From IMG/VR virus record IMGVR_UViG_3300044609_000721: a stretch of 64,000 nt of DNA. One strand, written 5' to 3'. Position 1 is the first letter of the stretch; every line of letters starts with the position of its first letter. The position numbers were made by a program, and so were the translations under genes. The DNA is from a virus. Under the pieces are notes generated by a model that made no database searches, was not told the DNA's origin, and was given only the letters and a program-made list of their open reading frames with translations. Positions 12,001 through 17,730 of the stretch are shown here, one piece after another.

Positions 12001-13805
12001 GAAGCTTTTGCTCCAACTGGAGAAGAGATGAATACCTTTGGTGGAAACTCAATCGAATAATTTTCTCCAAATTCAGTAATATTGATATCGATAATCTGCC
12101 CGTTGAAAACTGTCGCTACAGCCTTTGCGCCAGTTCCTCCAATTGGGTTACCTAAGTTATCTACTCTATCATCAACGATGTATACGCTAGGAACGTCATC
12201 ATATCCAAAACCTCCAGATAGAAGTTCAATACCAATAACTCTTCCAAAACTATCAACTTCAACATCCAAAATTTGAGCACCAGTTGGTTCAATTACCGAA
12301 ACTCTTGGAAGTTCTGTTTGACTGTATCCAACTCCACCAGAGATGACAGTGATTGAAATGAGTTCACCAGAGGCGTTTATATTGCCCTGTAGGAGTGCTG
12401 TAATTCCATTTGCGGCGTCTGGGGCATCAATGTAGATTTGAGGCGCTGTAGAGTATCCAGAACCACCTTCTAAGACTTGTACAGATAGAACTACACCATT
12501 CTGATTAACGACAACATTTCCTACTTTTGCTCCAGATGGATTAACAAACTGAATTCTTGGTACGAAATCATATCCACTTCCACTATCGATAATATGGATT
12601 TCGTCAATACCACCATTATCGTTTACTGTAACGAGTCCTTTCGCAACAGATCCTTCACCATTAGTGGGAGCTTGGATAGAAACTAGTGGAGGATTTTCCT
12701 TGGAGTATCCTTTTCCAGAGTCAATCAGTGTGACTGTTTTGACTCCACTTACTAGAGCTTCTGCAGTTGCATTAGTACCAGTACTCTTAACGAGAGAGAC
12801 TTTTGGTGTATTTTCTACTTTATATCCAGATCCACCATTTTTAACTAGGATAGATTCTAGTTGACCAGAATCATTTACTACAGAAACTGCAGAAGCATCG
12901 CTACCAACATTAAGTAGAGGTGCATTGATGTATGCTACAAAAACCGATTCTGTTGGATACTGTTTAAAGATGATAGTGTCAGAATACAGACTAAAATCTT
13001 TAATTGGTGTTAGTAAATTTCCATCTACAATTGCAATAACTAAACTTGTAGATGAAGGAGAAGATGCAACTCCATTCACCTTAAGTTTGAAGTCATATCT
13101 AACTTCTTCTACGTTAGTATTGAGAATTGGTAATTGGTCAAATACCGCAATTTCAGATTCTTGGAAACCCTTTAGATAGATAATTTTAATATCTTCACTA
13201 GTATCTCCAAGATTTATTGGATCATATTGTCTTGGTGGATTAGTGAATCTAATTTTGTCACTTAAGATTTGATAATCAACGCCAGGAATTAAGTATTCAT
13301 TGTATAATTTTACAATGACATGCTCATTTGATGGTGGATAAACTGGTTCGTTATTTACCGTTAAATCGAACTCGAAGTTTATACCATCAAATTCTCTATA
13401 TGGATTGAATAGAGGAACTAGTTTTTTATTGAATTCTGCATATGAAATATCAGGAGTTAGGATGACATTTGGAGACTTCCTGACAAATTCATAATAAATT
13501 ACTTCATCATCAATCAGTAGAGTTCCATTTTCTTCTGGAAATCCATCTGTTGTTTCTACTTCAATATTTCTGATATCTGCAGAGATGTCAGAAATCAACT
13601 TCGTATTGCTTCTTAACTGAGATACTTCATACTTAGAAAGATTGAAGTAGTCTGGTAGATTATTTAAAATGCCAACAGGCCCGCCACCTCTCTCCTGAGA
13701 ACTATAATATGCTCTCAGAAATTTCTCGAAGAGTGGATTTTCCTCTTTAATGAAATCTGGTACTTGATTTAGTACAGAAAGGGATGCTGATGCTAAGTTA
13801 TGCAT
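1..13805 (-). CDS. gp7: Giant baseplate wedge initiator / virion structural protein (cyanophage gp7-like), 3' end outside window, >4600 aa
   Basis: Hand translation from ATG at 13805 (MHNLASASLSVLNQVPDFIKEENPLFEKFLRAYY) found no stop, and the frame is consistent at checkpoints (11757 and position 3). It has the gp7-like segment IKDFYASKGTKNSIAYLFKILYG, many GSGY beta repeats, a YHYH-like domain, propeller-like and LamG-like segments, and lies directly downstream of gp6. Confidence 0.88.
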   Translation of the reverse strand, partial: MHNLASASLSVLNQVPDFIKEENPLFEKFLRAYYSSQERGGGPVGILNNLPDYFNLSKYEVSQLRSNTKLISDISADIRNIEVETTDGFPEENGTLLIDDEVIYYEFVRKSPNVILTPDISYAEFNKKLVPLFNPYREFDGINFEFDLTVNNEPVYPPSNEHVIVKLYNEYLIPGVDYQILSDKIRFTNPPRQYDPINLGDTSEDIKIIYLKGFQESEIAVFDQLPILNTNVEEVRYDFKLKVNGVASSPSSTSLVIAIVDGNLLTPIKDFSLYSDTIIFKQYPTESVFVAYINAPLLNVGSDASAVSVVNDSGQLESILVKNGGSGYKVENTPKVSLVKSTGTNATAEALVSGVKTVTLIDSGKGYSKENPPLVSIQAPTNGEGSVAKGLVTVNDNGGIDEIHIIDSGSGYDFVPRIQFVNPSGAKVGNVVVNQNGVVLSVQVLEGGSGYSTAPQIYIDAPDAANGITALLQGNINASGELISITVISGGVGYSQTELPRVSVIEPTGAQILDVEVDSFGRVIGIELLSGGFGYDDVPSVYIVDDRVDNLGNPIGGTGAKAVATVFNGQIIDINITEFGENYSIEFPPKVFISSPVGAKASAQIGIGEITGFRVINPGKNYTKSEFAQCSRGVSGIVEYDSEDNAVFKSESESIKASHISGSDVKGLDAVFLRKIMEKITSQYLPGMPQLDIDSIDISNVLRTIKDFYASKGTKNSIAYLFKILYGVEIDITYPKDQIIKPSAATWSIDTILRAKLISGNPQNLKDSLLEQNADVVDTNVLYASATVENFTAIQTANFDVYELILSEESINGKFVIPYKTRLAEPLSDQDSIITVDSTIGWPEKNGEVIIGTEIIRYKEKSLTQFIECTRGINQEPASWDSGTICTSNFYIYSNQGTTEEVVLSVLGIVESGNTQLTDESSYYLPGDKLSVSKLGSIEDNNLIRSWLYNVKKLLQIDSITYGGINDQTATVNCTSAHGLLVGDQVTVYGANPIVYNGTFLVTSRESATVFKYELPQPATLNPQGNILISIDLNKGKSDVPSINNSINKFATNIQNTFFNGKYVYVATSGIPNYKIGPFVGTSLLPGNQRKLYRFPKVPSTISLKPETQYGPVGSFVNGISVWNYKSDSTYKYGGVTKVNILNYGKNYDAANPPVLDFVGGNGTGASGSVVVNGSLSEIVVTNSGSGYTSSPLVSISGGGDGEGASATAIVTKGVVSRILVNTPGSGYTSKPTITITGGGGSGAAAEAFVRGPIKEVLVVSSGQDYTSEPKVVLSSGEGAAAQAYVNNGRIVSIAVIASGNGYTTAPKVIITGDGYGAVARANIQSEGLEAGRVISITILNRGIGYKPGTTQIRLESIGEGADFQTEIFEWTYNLNSNTNFDYANGSIFEGFNKQFGGEYGHVSNPKQLRYVLGDNLTVENGVIVEKQSGIVHSPIIGWAFDGNPIYGPYGLSDPTNLSSNIVPIQSSYSLKTNLVFNSVTNPEPYRIAGPSLQDFPAGTFIQDYEYVFRSEAFYLDQYNGRFTKTPEFPEGTYAYFVTLNADGSAAFPYIIGPNFYSIPDSWNLTQFAIQSNIPTGIVRYRAPFENVDIDVERDPNESTNALTLENGDVLTFEIEDENRDGFIDSSEASDPDQIFEESKLELFDYFPKIDISSKVDIEVETTTKFEEAKISDFLIENPGINYQVNDRLIFDDEGTEGYGASASIKSIQGEQITSYTYEYNTAQDEYFGVVQTAVPHNMEIGDFVSVDTTPIMEPTSKTLKVITVKGLEEVSVEVSGIGYDPNIEVEAFIDSISGQEAEVKAVVGKTGILDKINITNSGRGYVDNPKIRISHPQIQKRSVYYSVNKKYQSGVNINNSFVDQNKNLYYVGSVTSTNGDIHGYISKLNAEGTTLWSKSLTSIQPSAQAKRCQLLSVTKNGLDVYVIGQTYPNPLSASAFNPDIFIAKYTENSSGTEVSLSWQRELAGISGVNRNDYITDIAAYGENVVACGYTTTNSNGVNDGIVFYISNGGDVLIKRKITSTSSSEKLQSIQVDSDNNIYILGQSTAADNILLVKCKIDGSKINTIWQKEISYSNTKFEDLSLLIDEYDELYITSALENSSTSTKTKLALIKVDADGDLIFNKEYSIPSITSLSAAKSSIDIFGEIAIGYTAVDITSQLHSGIIKCKFNGDILNSYEMTSLEGVEISKCSSDVSGDPTLVGNIIENRTQFLYKGSSYSDTVGRYANLTSTGTVSVNTDPKFGTNAYTISQNAKLSATALTTQSNVWTIEGWFKWDTAASAKVPDLLTITDGTNSIKVSVFADSSSPSTFGKLRISNGGATISQFTTITNAVTLLSSGYRHISVSKSYNTSSSIATYTLYFNGSSVAQITTGFNLNPSTVEIGSTTSYNSWPVKLDEFRYSNYAIAYTSAPTAEFSGFDYANPSGFIMKFDKNADSERMGTINLTNNSFDITRSNITIPVVNNLELINIPYALGPDGLQILDFNAATSGLTQDYHIPTTVYDSWSTRTATVPSPGGRKAVFSSKAFGKFFFNYFNVSKLDNIRQLHINQDFRFNVGTNLLQRNSLNAIIASAKIVDIDYSNNYIYVADTTGSFVVDSGTLGSSDESINEIVNYGFEGVVNTSPGTFAINIPVEVEATFKPYSDDDYAVRIDEIIAGSPYAKGSVVVLGSSYFSFNTARNSVTIAGLSSVTKITLITNLKKTLQIDEISNTNRIYIRSATSHYLNAGDNIFGSTSPQYTYADGSFYVDQVLSQREFIFQIREVPGSFIGSGTQILIYVKHPVFKFIYGQQYTFDVSDPSNQGYYLSFYRDNLNKIEYTFKNIVRRGTPGLDAPGVSPFISFKVTDDVSNISYYADPSRINEFSPVAKSSYIDVVRSPYIGRFEISSLEGATVTTGANKFKFKLDIDPEKNAQSFTSSYSTESTKVAGSISSIRLISGGGFYKKLPIITDIQSSRKIERVEIRTPGTEYEPGEYFGVPILGDGNGGKVRIRVDGNSDPVGQIIEVVVTDPGKGYTEAFVDVDAIDGILGPNLAGSGAVLEVIIPPKGTGASIFVKGENVGKIKKLRNNNFGFDYTHDYTLRPEITFPVNLQLINTSVLSNIKVIDPGSGYTSIPEVVITGGGGSGATAEAEIRNGRISGILIKNPGFGYSTEPTIELKSTFTYVINLDLGLFQLPFPHGIGNGSEITFDIQDLGEGAAFPITSFGYIVPGQIYYAISGTTAGLENDQLRIALTPGDAESGNYISFVNTGSGRQILLTNSFGGSAEAVVETGRFLSGELVYQGDSLENSSAKGYVSGNDGWQIGPRLLKLIDTEGTFAEGQIVTGTISKSSGTINNINAAKGVIQVDSITKTAGKFLDDVGKTNEIVQKVQDSYLYQAFSYNIKSPVSIDQWKTIVLDNTHPTGFKLFGEIGVYNEEKGLTDKTDFQLTKSVNLIESSVVANIDNFGLVEPVYKEFDNTQVLFRTKRLTSSEEILTSYVQKIDDISNLFDGERTSFPLTIDGSTIIANTSQVQVILNGIAQSPVESYEIIQGSIVFKEPPPAPTKVSYAMLTLQFLPSYEIAIEDSSGILPELGQTIRGILSLATATVISSTTSTIRVFNINGTFQEGEIILASATGLSANLVSVTELENTNTFQFQESITNTSGKTAVVEEINLDSTTSIVTNEIIVSKTSGTYESPSGLLDIKFNDYIISAKTGILARVTSISPYIDPTTGEPLSSISISDPSTFSALLYNRIIQPEYPNVIIDDISKSSIEVVDLDDSTLKVEGKFPEFEIVSSTTFENVYDDSTTFQNGEFIQNLEIEYINSTGDFTANETAMVQKLAYKSLLGGNFQAGDQIVTNGGFTAEVIGVNYALKYVFLGEKSGSFSIGDTISTDKSFVSNDDIVSGRYADASDLILANKLLIADVAVGRMLANFPGFTVPNGNQNCIDDIISILDELCFNVKYGGNHRAYDVAQLYITNGYLAGEETQSVYAINQARDLAIQAMRNETITLGGYTTRTQVKDLTVEGDQSGEPGVYIPGDCADVASSITTLFAIVTQGISTGSISSITRTNIGTVTAIISTYLDIPFDVEQVYSATDKIITYQFYDDTHHRFRDAANLIRLNATYIIEEAAGRMKNLYSDLIIPGDEDGTGDGTSRCKLDLNLLLQAVADDIEKGGNYNTLTGARFYIDENGGLRYITKQVLQSLYAHEQMNLLCQQAVIGDLSQTPQYTNQSPIKPLDITTDPGDCADVRSKIDTLWSLINEVLCTTGDVYKDASNALWFNRKFIAEESVGLTTNYFTYYLNGVPYNAFVYPNGLEGKNTCIRDIKDYIIPSIIADLISGGDANTIDAMTYYINAVNDILYVKDELLPTIYALEQTNRLCQYAVDNWRITGTNTIYSAQWSSTPKYTDNTITLDDGTYGGQCANIKSAIDTLFTKAISILLPERDQYQNRNFDAANLIEANKQLIAEVAVGRMLNQYPTFTIPNGNQNCIDDIIAILGELSFNIRYGGNHKMYDAAQLYITNGYLAGEEVQAVYAFNQARDMAIQAMRNETITLGGYTTKTQVKDLDVTVDTSTPKCANVASAITTLFAILSQAVQNGNLTGITRTTDSASNIAYRNAAKLIMF

Positions 13806-13829
13806 TTTGTATTACTATCTCCTATACTT

Positions 13830-13837
13830 ATATTTAA
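13830..13837 (-). promoter_or_regulatory. T4-type late promoter variant (TTAAATAT)
   Basis: TAAATA core about 25 nt upstream of the gp7 ATG. Confidence 0.55.
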
Positions 13838-13842
13838 CAGAG

Positions 13843-16251
13843 TTATGCGAAGCAGGTATCAGATGTTGTTGAATCTGCCTGTGTTAGGGATGGGTATGAT
13901 ACGACTGTTGGAGTTGATGTTATTGCCGTTGCTGGTGCAGATGCAAGACTTCCTGGAGCAAATGCTGCCACTGTAGCACTTCCTGGGGCCACTACAGTAA
14001 TTGATGGTGGTGTAAGCGAAATCAACGTTCCTGGCGATCCAGCAGCGCCTGGAGTTGCTATAGCAGCAGTTGCAGTTACGGTAGTACCATTAGAAGTTGC
14101 CGCCGCTGCTGTAGATGAAGTACTGGCAGTTGTTGATGATGTCAACGATGCAGTTGTGGATGTTGTGGATGAAGTTAGTGAAGTAGTTCCACCAGATGTT
14201 GTTACACCACCAATAGTTAAAGAACCTCCAGAGATACCTGTTCCTGCCGCTCCACCAGAAACAATTTGACCATCAATTGTAATGAGACCAGAACCCTGAC
14301 TTGATGTAGTTGTCTGACCCCCACCAGTTGCTGATGTACCAGAGACCAATGCGCCAGAAGTTGATAGAACTTGCGTTGTATTTGGATCTGCAGAAATTGA
14401 CTTTCCTGGTGTTAGTAGGCTCTTTGCAATTAACTTCCCACTAACTTCTCCAGGAGCAATGTTTGCTGGGTTCTTAGGTTTAATTGATAATTGGAGATAA
14501 TTGACATCTCCTACAGGTGATATTGGACCAACTCTAACAATACCAGTAGAGCAATCATACAATCCAGCATTGTTGTTTGTGTACACCTTTTTATTATTTG
14601 AGATGTAATATTGTCTTAAATTGCCAATACCATCATCTTCTAGATATTGTAAAGTGCTAGGGCGGTCTGCAGTGTAGAATCCACTGGATTTAATTACATC
14701 GCCAGGAGAAGATGAGCATGAGCAATCTAACTCAATACCATAGTTCACATCCCAAGTAGTTGGAAATCCTTTTTGTTCCTCTGATGGGTATCCAAGTAAT
14801 TTAAATACAGAAACCTGAAGCATCACATCAACAATACTCTTGTCTGCTTGTAAGATTTCTTTTTGTATTTTTGATGTTGATAGTGTTTTATTGAAATTAC
14901 CAAGGTCTTCTAAAGCACCAAATCTCTTGATAGCATTCAATGCTTTCTCTTTAATGATATCTGCAGTTCCTTCAGGTAACGCTTGAGATGTAGATGAACC
15001 AGATGTAAGAGCACTTTTAAAAGTATCTGCGACGACTAGGATATTTAAATCCACAAAAATGTCTTCTGGGTCCTGAACCACAACCTCAATAGATGCCATT
15101 GAGTATGGTCTTAGGTCTTCGATTATTTGCTTTTTCGATAAGTTGTTTAATCTGGTGTTGTTTTTTGTTTTTACTGAGATATAAATTTTGCCGTATACTG
15201 GAGGACTTAGTGTTTCTCCTCCAGTTGCTAGTACATATCTAGCGTTTGGGTAGATTGATTTTACAATATTTTCGTAGTCTTTTGTAGTTACTGCTCTATT
15301 CTGAGAAGCATAATATCTTGGAGCATTGAATTTGATGGACTTTAGAGTTTCTGGTTTATCTCCAAGTTGAGTTTTTTGATTCAATTCAAGTCTAACTCTA
15401 GATGGAGAGATTACTCTATCATCGGAATCAATGATCGACCCATTGAATGCCATAGTGGAAATATTGTTTCCATCAGGCCCATTTGTTCTGATATACTCAA
15501 AGATTACAATATTACCATCTTCTAATGCTTTACCTACAACGCCATCACCAAAAGTAATTTCATATCTTCTGTCCTCAAACTCACTAAGGAAGTATGCTCT
15601 TGATGTACTATCAATGTTGGTGATATTTTTTACTAGATTGTATCTATCTACAGTTGTAGACTGGGCATTTTGCTTTACATACACTTGCAAAGTATCAATA
15701 TCTACCCAATCGTTAGGAACGATGAATTTTTGATTTGTTGTCGTATCAACTGTATATGTGTAACTTAATAGATCACCTTCATAAACTTTAAATGGTCCTA
15801 TGGTAGCAATACCAGTTGTCTTATCTACTTCTGCTGTTTTATCTTGTGTGATGGAAAAGGTGAAATTCTGTCTACCATTATTTCCACCAGCAACCGTACC
15901 CTTTTTAATCGTGACAGTTCCAGGGTATGATTGGGTCTGATTGAATTCTGTCTGCACCTGAAGAGTCACACACCCCCAAGCAGCCTTTGCTGATCTAGGT
16001 ACGTAATTTAGCATTCTTGCTAGACTCGCAACATTGTCTCTAATGGTTGCGGTATCCAAAAATAGTTCATTCAATGCCATATTCGCATTAAATGAAGTGT
16101 AATACGTATTATAAGCTAGAACATCGAGCAAATACGATAGAGTTGAACCATTGAAGTCATAATCAGAGAACTCTGGTCTGGTTCTCATGTATGATTTAAT
16201 GGATTCCCTTATCTCATTAAAATCTAGAGTAGTTAAATTTGATGGTTTCAT
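13843..16251 (-). CDS. gp6: Baseplate wedge subunit gp6 with Ser/Thr/Ala/Gly-rich C-terminal extension
   Basis: LDFNEIRESIKSYM...DYDFNGSTLSYLLDVLAYNTYY...NELFLDTATIRDNV and APRYYASQNRAVTTKDYE are typical gp6 motifs; located between gp25 and gp7. Confidence 0.93.
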   Translation of the reverse strand: MKPSNLTTLDFNEIRESIKSYMRTRPEFSDYDFNGSTLSYLLDVLAYNTYYTSFNANMALNELFLDTATIRDNVASLARMLNYVPRSAKAAWGCVTLQVQTEFNQTQSYPGTVTIKKGTVAGGNNGRQNFTFSITQDKTAEVDKTTGIATIGPFKVYEGDLLSYTYTVDTTTNQKFIVPNDWVDIDTLQVYVKQNAQSTTVDRYNLVKNITNIDSTSRAYFLSEFEDRRYEITFGDGVVGKALEDGNIVIFEYIRTNGPDGNNISTMAFNGSIIDSDDRVISPSRVRLELNQKTQLGDKPETLKSIKFNAPRYYASQNRAVTTKDYENIVKSIYPNARYVLATGGETLSPPVYGKIYISVKTKNNTRLNNLSKKQIIEDLRPYSMASIEVVVQDPEDIFVDLNILVVADTFKSALTSGSSTSQALPEGTADIIKEKALNAIKRFGALEDLGNFNKTLSTSKIQKEILQADKSIVDVMLQVSVFKLLGYPSEEQKGFPTTWDVNYGIELDCSCSSSPGDVIKSSGFYTADRPSTLQYLEDDGIGNLRQYYISNNKKVYTNNNAGLYDCSTGIVRVGPISPVGDVNYLQLSIKPKNPANIAPGEVSGKLIAKSLLTPGKSISADPNTTQVLSTSGALVSGTSATGGGQTTTSSQGSGLITIDGQIVSGGAAGTGISGGSLTIGGVTTSGGTTSLTSSTTSTTASLTSSTTASTSSTAAAATSNGTTVTATAAIATPGAAGSPGTLISLTPPSITVVAPGSATVAAFAPGSLASAPATAITSTPTVVSYPSLTQADSTTSDTCFA

Positions 16252-16670
16252 TAATTTACTGGTCTCTCTAATAGGAATTTGTTATTAATGATTTGAGGTT
16301 CTCCAATAATTCTATATGTCAGAGTAACTACTATTGCACTATCATCATCTTCTATAGCAGTCACAAGAACATCTAAAACATCAACTCTAGGTTCAAAATT
16401 TCTAATAGTATTTAGTATCCTATCCTTCAAATCTATAGCAGAAAATGCATCAAGAGGTTCGAATAGCATATTATATACATCAGAACCAATTGATGGATCC
16501 ATTAATTTTTCACCAAACTTGGTCATAATCAAGTTTTTAATAGATTGTGTAACGGCAGATTCGTCTCTGAGAGAGATTACGTCGTTAGTTAGGGGATTTT
16601 TGCTGAAATTTGTGCCTACATCTCTAAAAGATCTAGGCGTAGCCCTAAAAATACTATCGGAATCTGCCAT
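16251..16670 (-). CDS. gp25: Baseplate wedge subunit gp25
   Basis: SIKNLIMTKFGEKLMDPSIGSDVYNMLFEP...IRNFEPRV is the gp25/GPW signature. Confidence 0.93.
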   Translation of the reverse strand: MADSDSIFRATPRSFRDVGTNFSKNPLTNDVISLRDESAVTQSIKNLIMTKFGEKLMDPSIGSDVYNMLFEPLDAFSAIDLKDRILNTIRNFEPRVDVLDVLVTAIEDDDSAIVVTLTYRIIGEPQIINNKFLLERPVN

Positions 16671-16698
16671 TATATGACACTATACTTCTATTTTGTAT

Positions 16699-16706
16699 TA
16701 TTTATA
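16699..16706 (-). promoter_or_regulatory. T4 late promoter TATAAATA
   Basis: Perfect consensus about 30 nt upstream of gp25. Confidence 0.8.
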
Positions 16707-16715
16707 TGGGATATC

Positions 16716-16895
16716 TTAGTGCCATCGCTCCACATAATCATCAAAACCACCCTTACCTCCACATGGTCGTGAGTACCTATCGATGGGTGGGTCATTTTTT
16801 CGCATTTCGGGAACGTAATCGGTAACTAATCTAGTAGTACCCCACATTTCCTTCATGTATTTGGTGTCTCTGTCAGGATTTGAGTTCATTGCCAT
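16716..16895 (-). CDS. Small hypothetical protein (59 aa, MAMNSNPDRDTKYMKEMWG...DDYVERWH)
   Basis: Below track cutoff; AGGAG RBS upstream of the ATG; fills the gap. Confidence 0.7.
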   Translation of the reverse strand: MAMNSNPDRDTKYMKEMWGTTRLVTDYVPEMRKNDPPIDRYSRPCGGKGGFDDYVERWH

Positions 16896-16950
16896 CTGTT
16901 TTCTCCTAAGAATAGATTAAAACAGAACTTTTTACGGGGTTGCTATCCCG

Positions 16951-16990
16951 AAAATAAAAGGGTACTACACTCAAATGAGCGTAATACCCT
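16951..16990 (-). terminator. Intrinsic terminator
   Basis: 14-bp stem AGGGTATTACGCTC-ATTT-GAGTGTAGTACCCT (2 G-U pairs) followed by TTTATTTT. Confidence 0.7.
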
Positions 16991-17021
16991 GCATGTTAGC
17001 AAAAATTAGTGTAAAAGTTGA

Positions 17022-17162
17022 TCATCCCTGACCCCTGTAACGCTTTCGAGCCTTATTTCGACTGGTAGAAGCATATTTAGTGTGCTTGCCAAGACCTTGA
17101 CGAGACTTTTTGGGTTTGGATTCGATGATATCTTTGTTTGTCAGTGAAGGACGCTTTGCCAT
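17022..17162 (-). CDS. Small highly basic protein (46 aa, MAKRPSLTNK...KARKRYRGQG)
   Basis: Hand-translated; fills the gap between PAAR and the terminator. Confidence 0.7.
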   Translation of the reverse strand: MAKRPSLTNKDIIESKPKKSRQGLGKHTKYASTSRNKARKRYRGQG

Positions 17163-17207
17163 ATTCGGATATCGGTTAAAGACTTGAGTAGTATACCATA
17201 TTTTGGG

Positions 17208-17729
17208 TCATTTGCCAACCATTACATTGATTGAACCGCTAGCAATTACTGATCTACAAGGCGGTCCTAGTGGATCTCCTACCGTTGCAAGTGGTCTACC
17301 ATTGACTAGAACCGATTTTCCGCTCGCATAGACCTTCCTATCATGCCCCCTGCCATTATAAATCATGTCTTCAGTTGATAATTTGCCACATGGAATCGAT
17401 TTTTGGTCCAATCTTGCACAACTATCACCCGAAGGGACCAATCTTGTAACTAAATTTGTACATGATGAGGGATGAATGGTCAATAAATCACCATGAAGGA
17501 GCGGAACTTGACCATTAATCAGTACATTTCTGGCAATAGGTACCTTTAAACGAGTATTTAAGGGAGGCCAATTACAAGTTGCGTCTTTAGTTGAGACTGG
17601 TTTTGGTATAATTGGGAATGGTGAAGTATATGGAGGGGAGCAAGCACCTAAAAATTGGTGAATGTGCTCTGGAATGCACACTCCATGACCACTACAAGTG
17701 CCCGCTACAGTTGCTGCTAGTCCTGGCAT
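17208..17729 (-). CDS. PAAR-like baseplate spike tip protein (gp5.4-like)
   Basis: TCSGHG, NVLINGQVPLLHGD, VLVNGRPLATVGD and IASGSINV are PAAR-like repeats; baseplate context. Confidence 0.85.
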   Translation of the reverse strand: MPGLAATVAGTCSGHGVCIPEHIHQFLGACSPPYTSPFPIIPKPVSTKDATCNWPPLNTRLKVPIARNVLINGQVPLLHGDLLTIHPSSCTNLVTRLVPSGDSCARLDQKSIPCGKLSTEDMIYNGRGHDRKVYASGKSVLVNGRPLATVGDPLGPPCRSVIASGSINVMVGK

Positions 17730-17730
17730 A

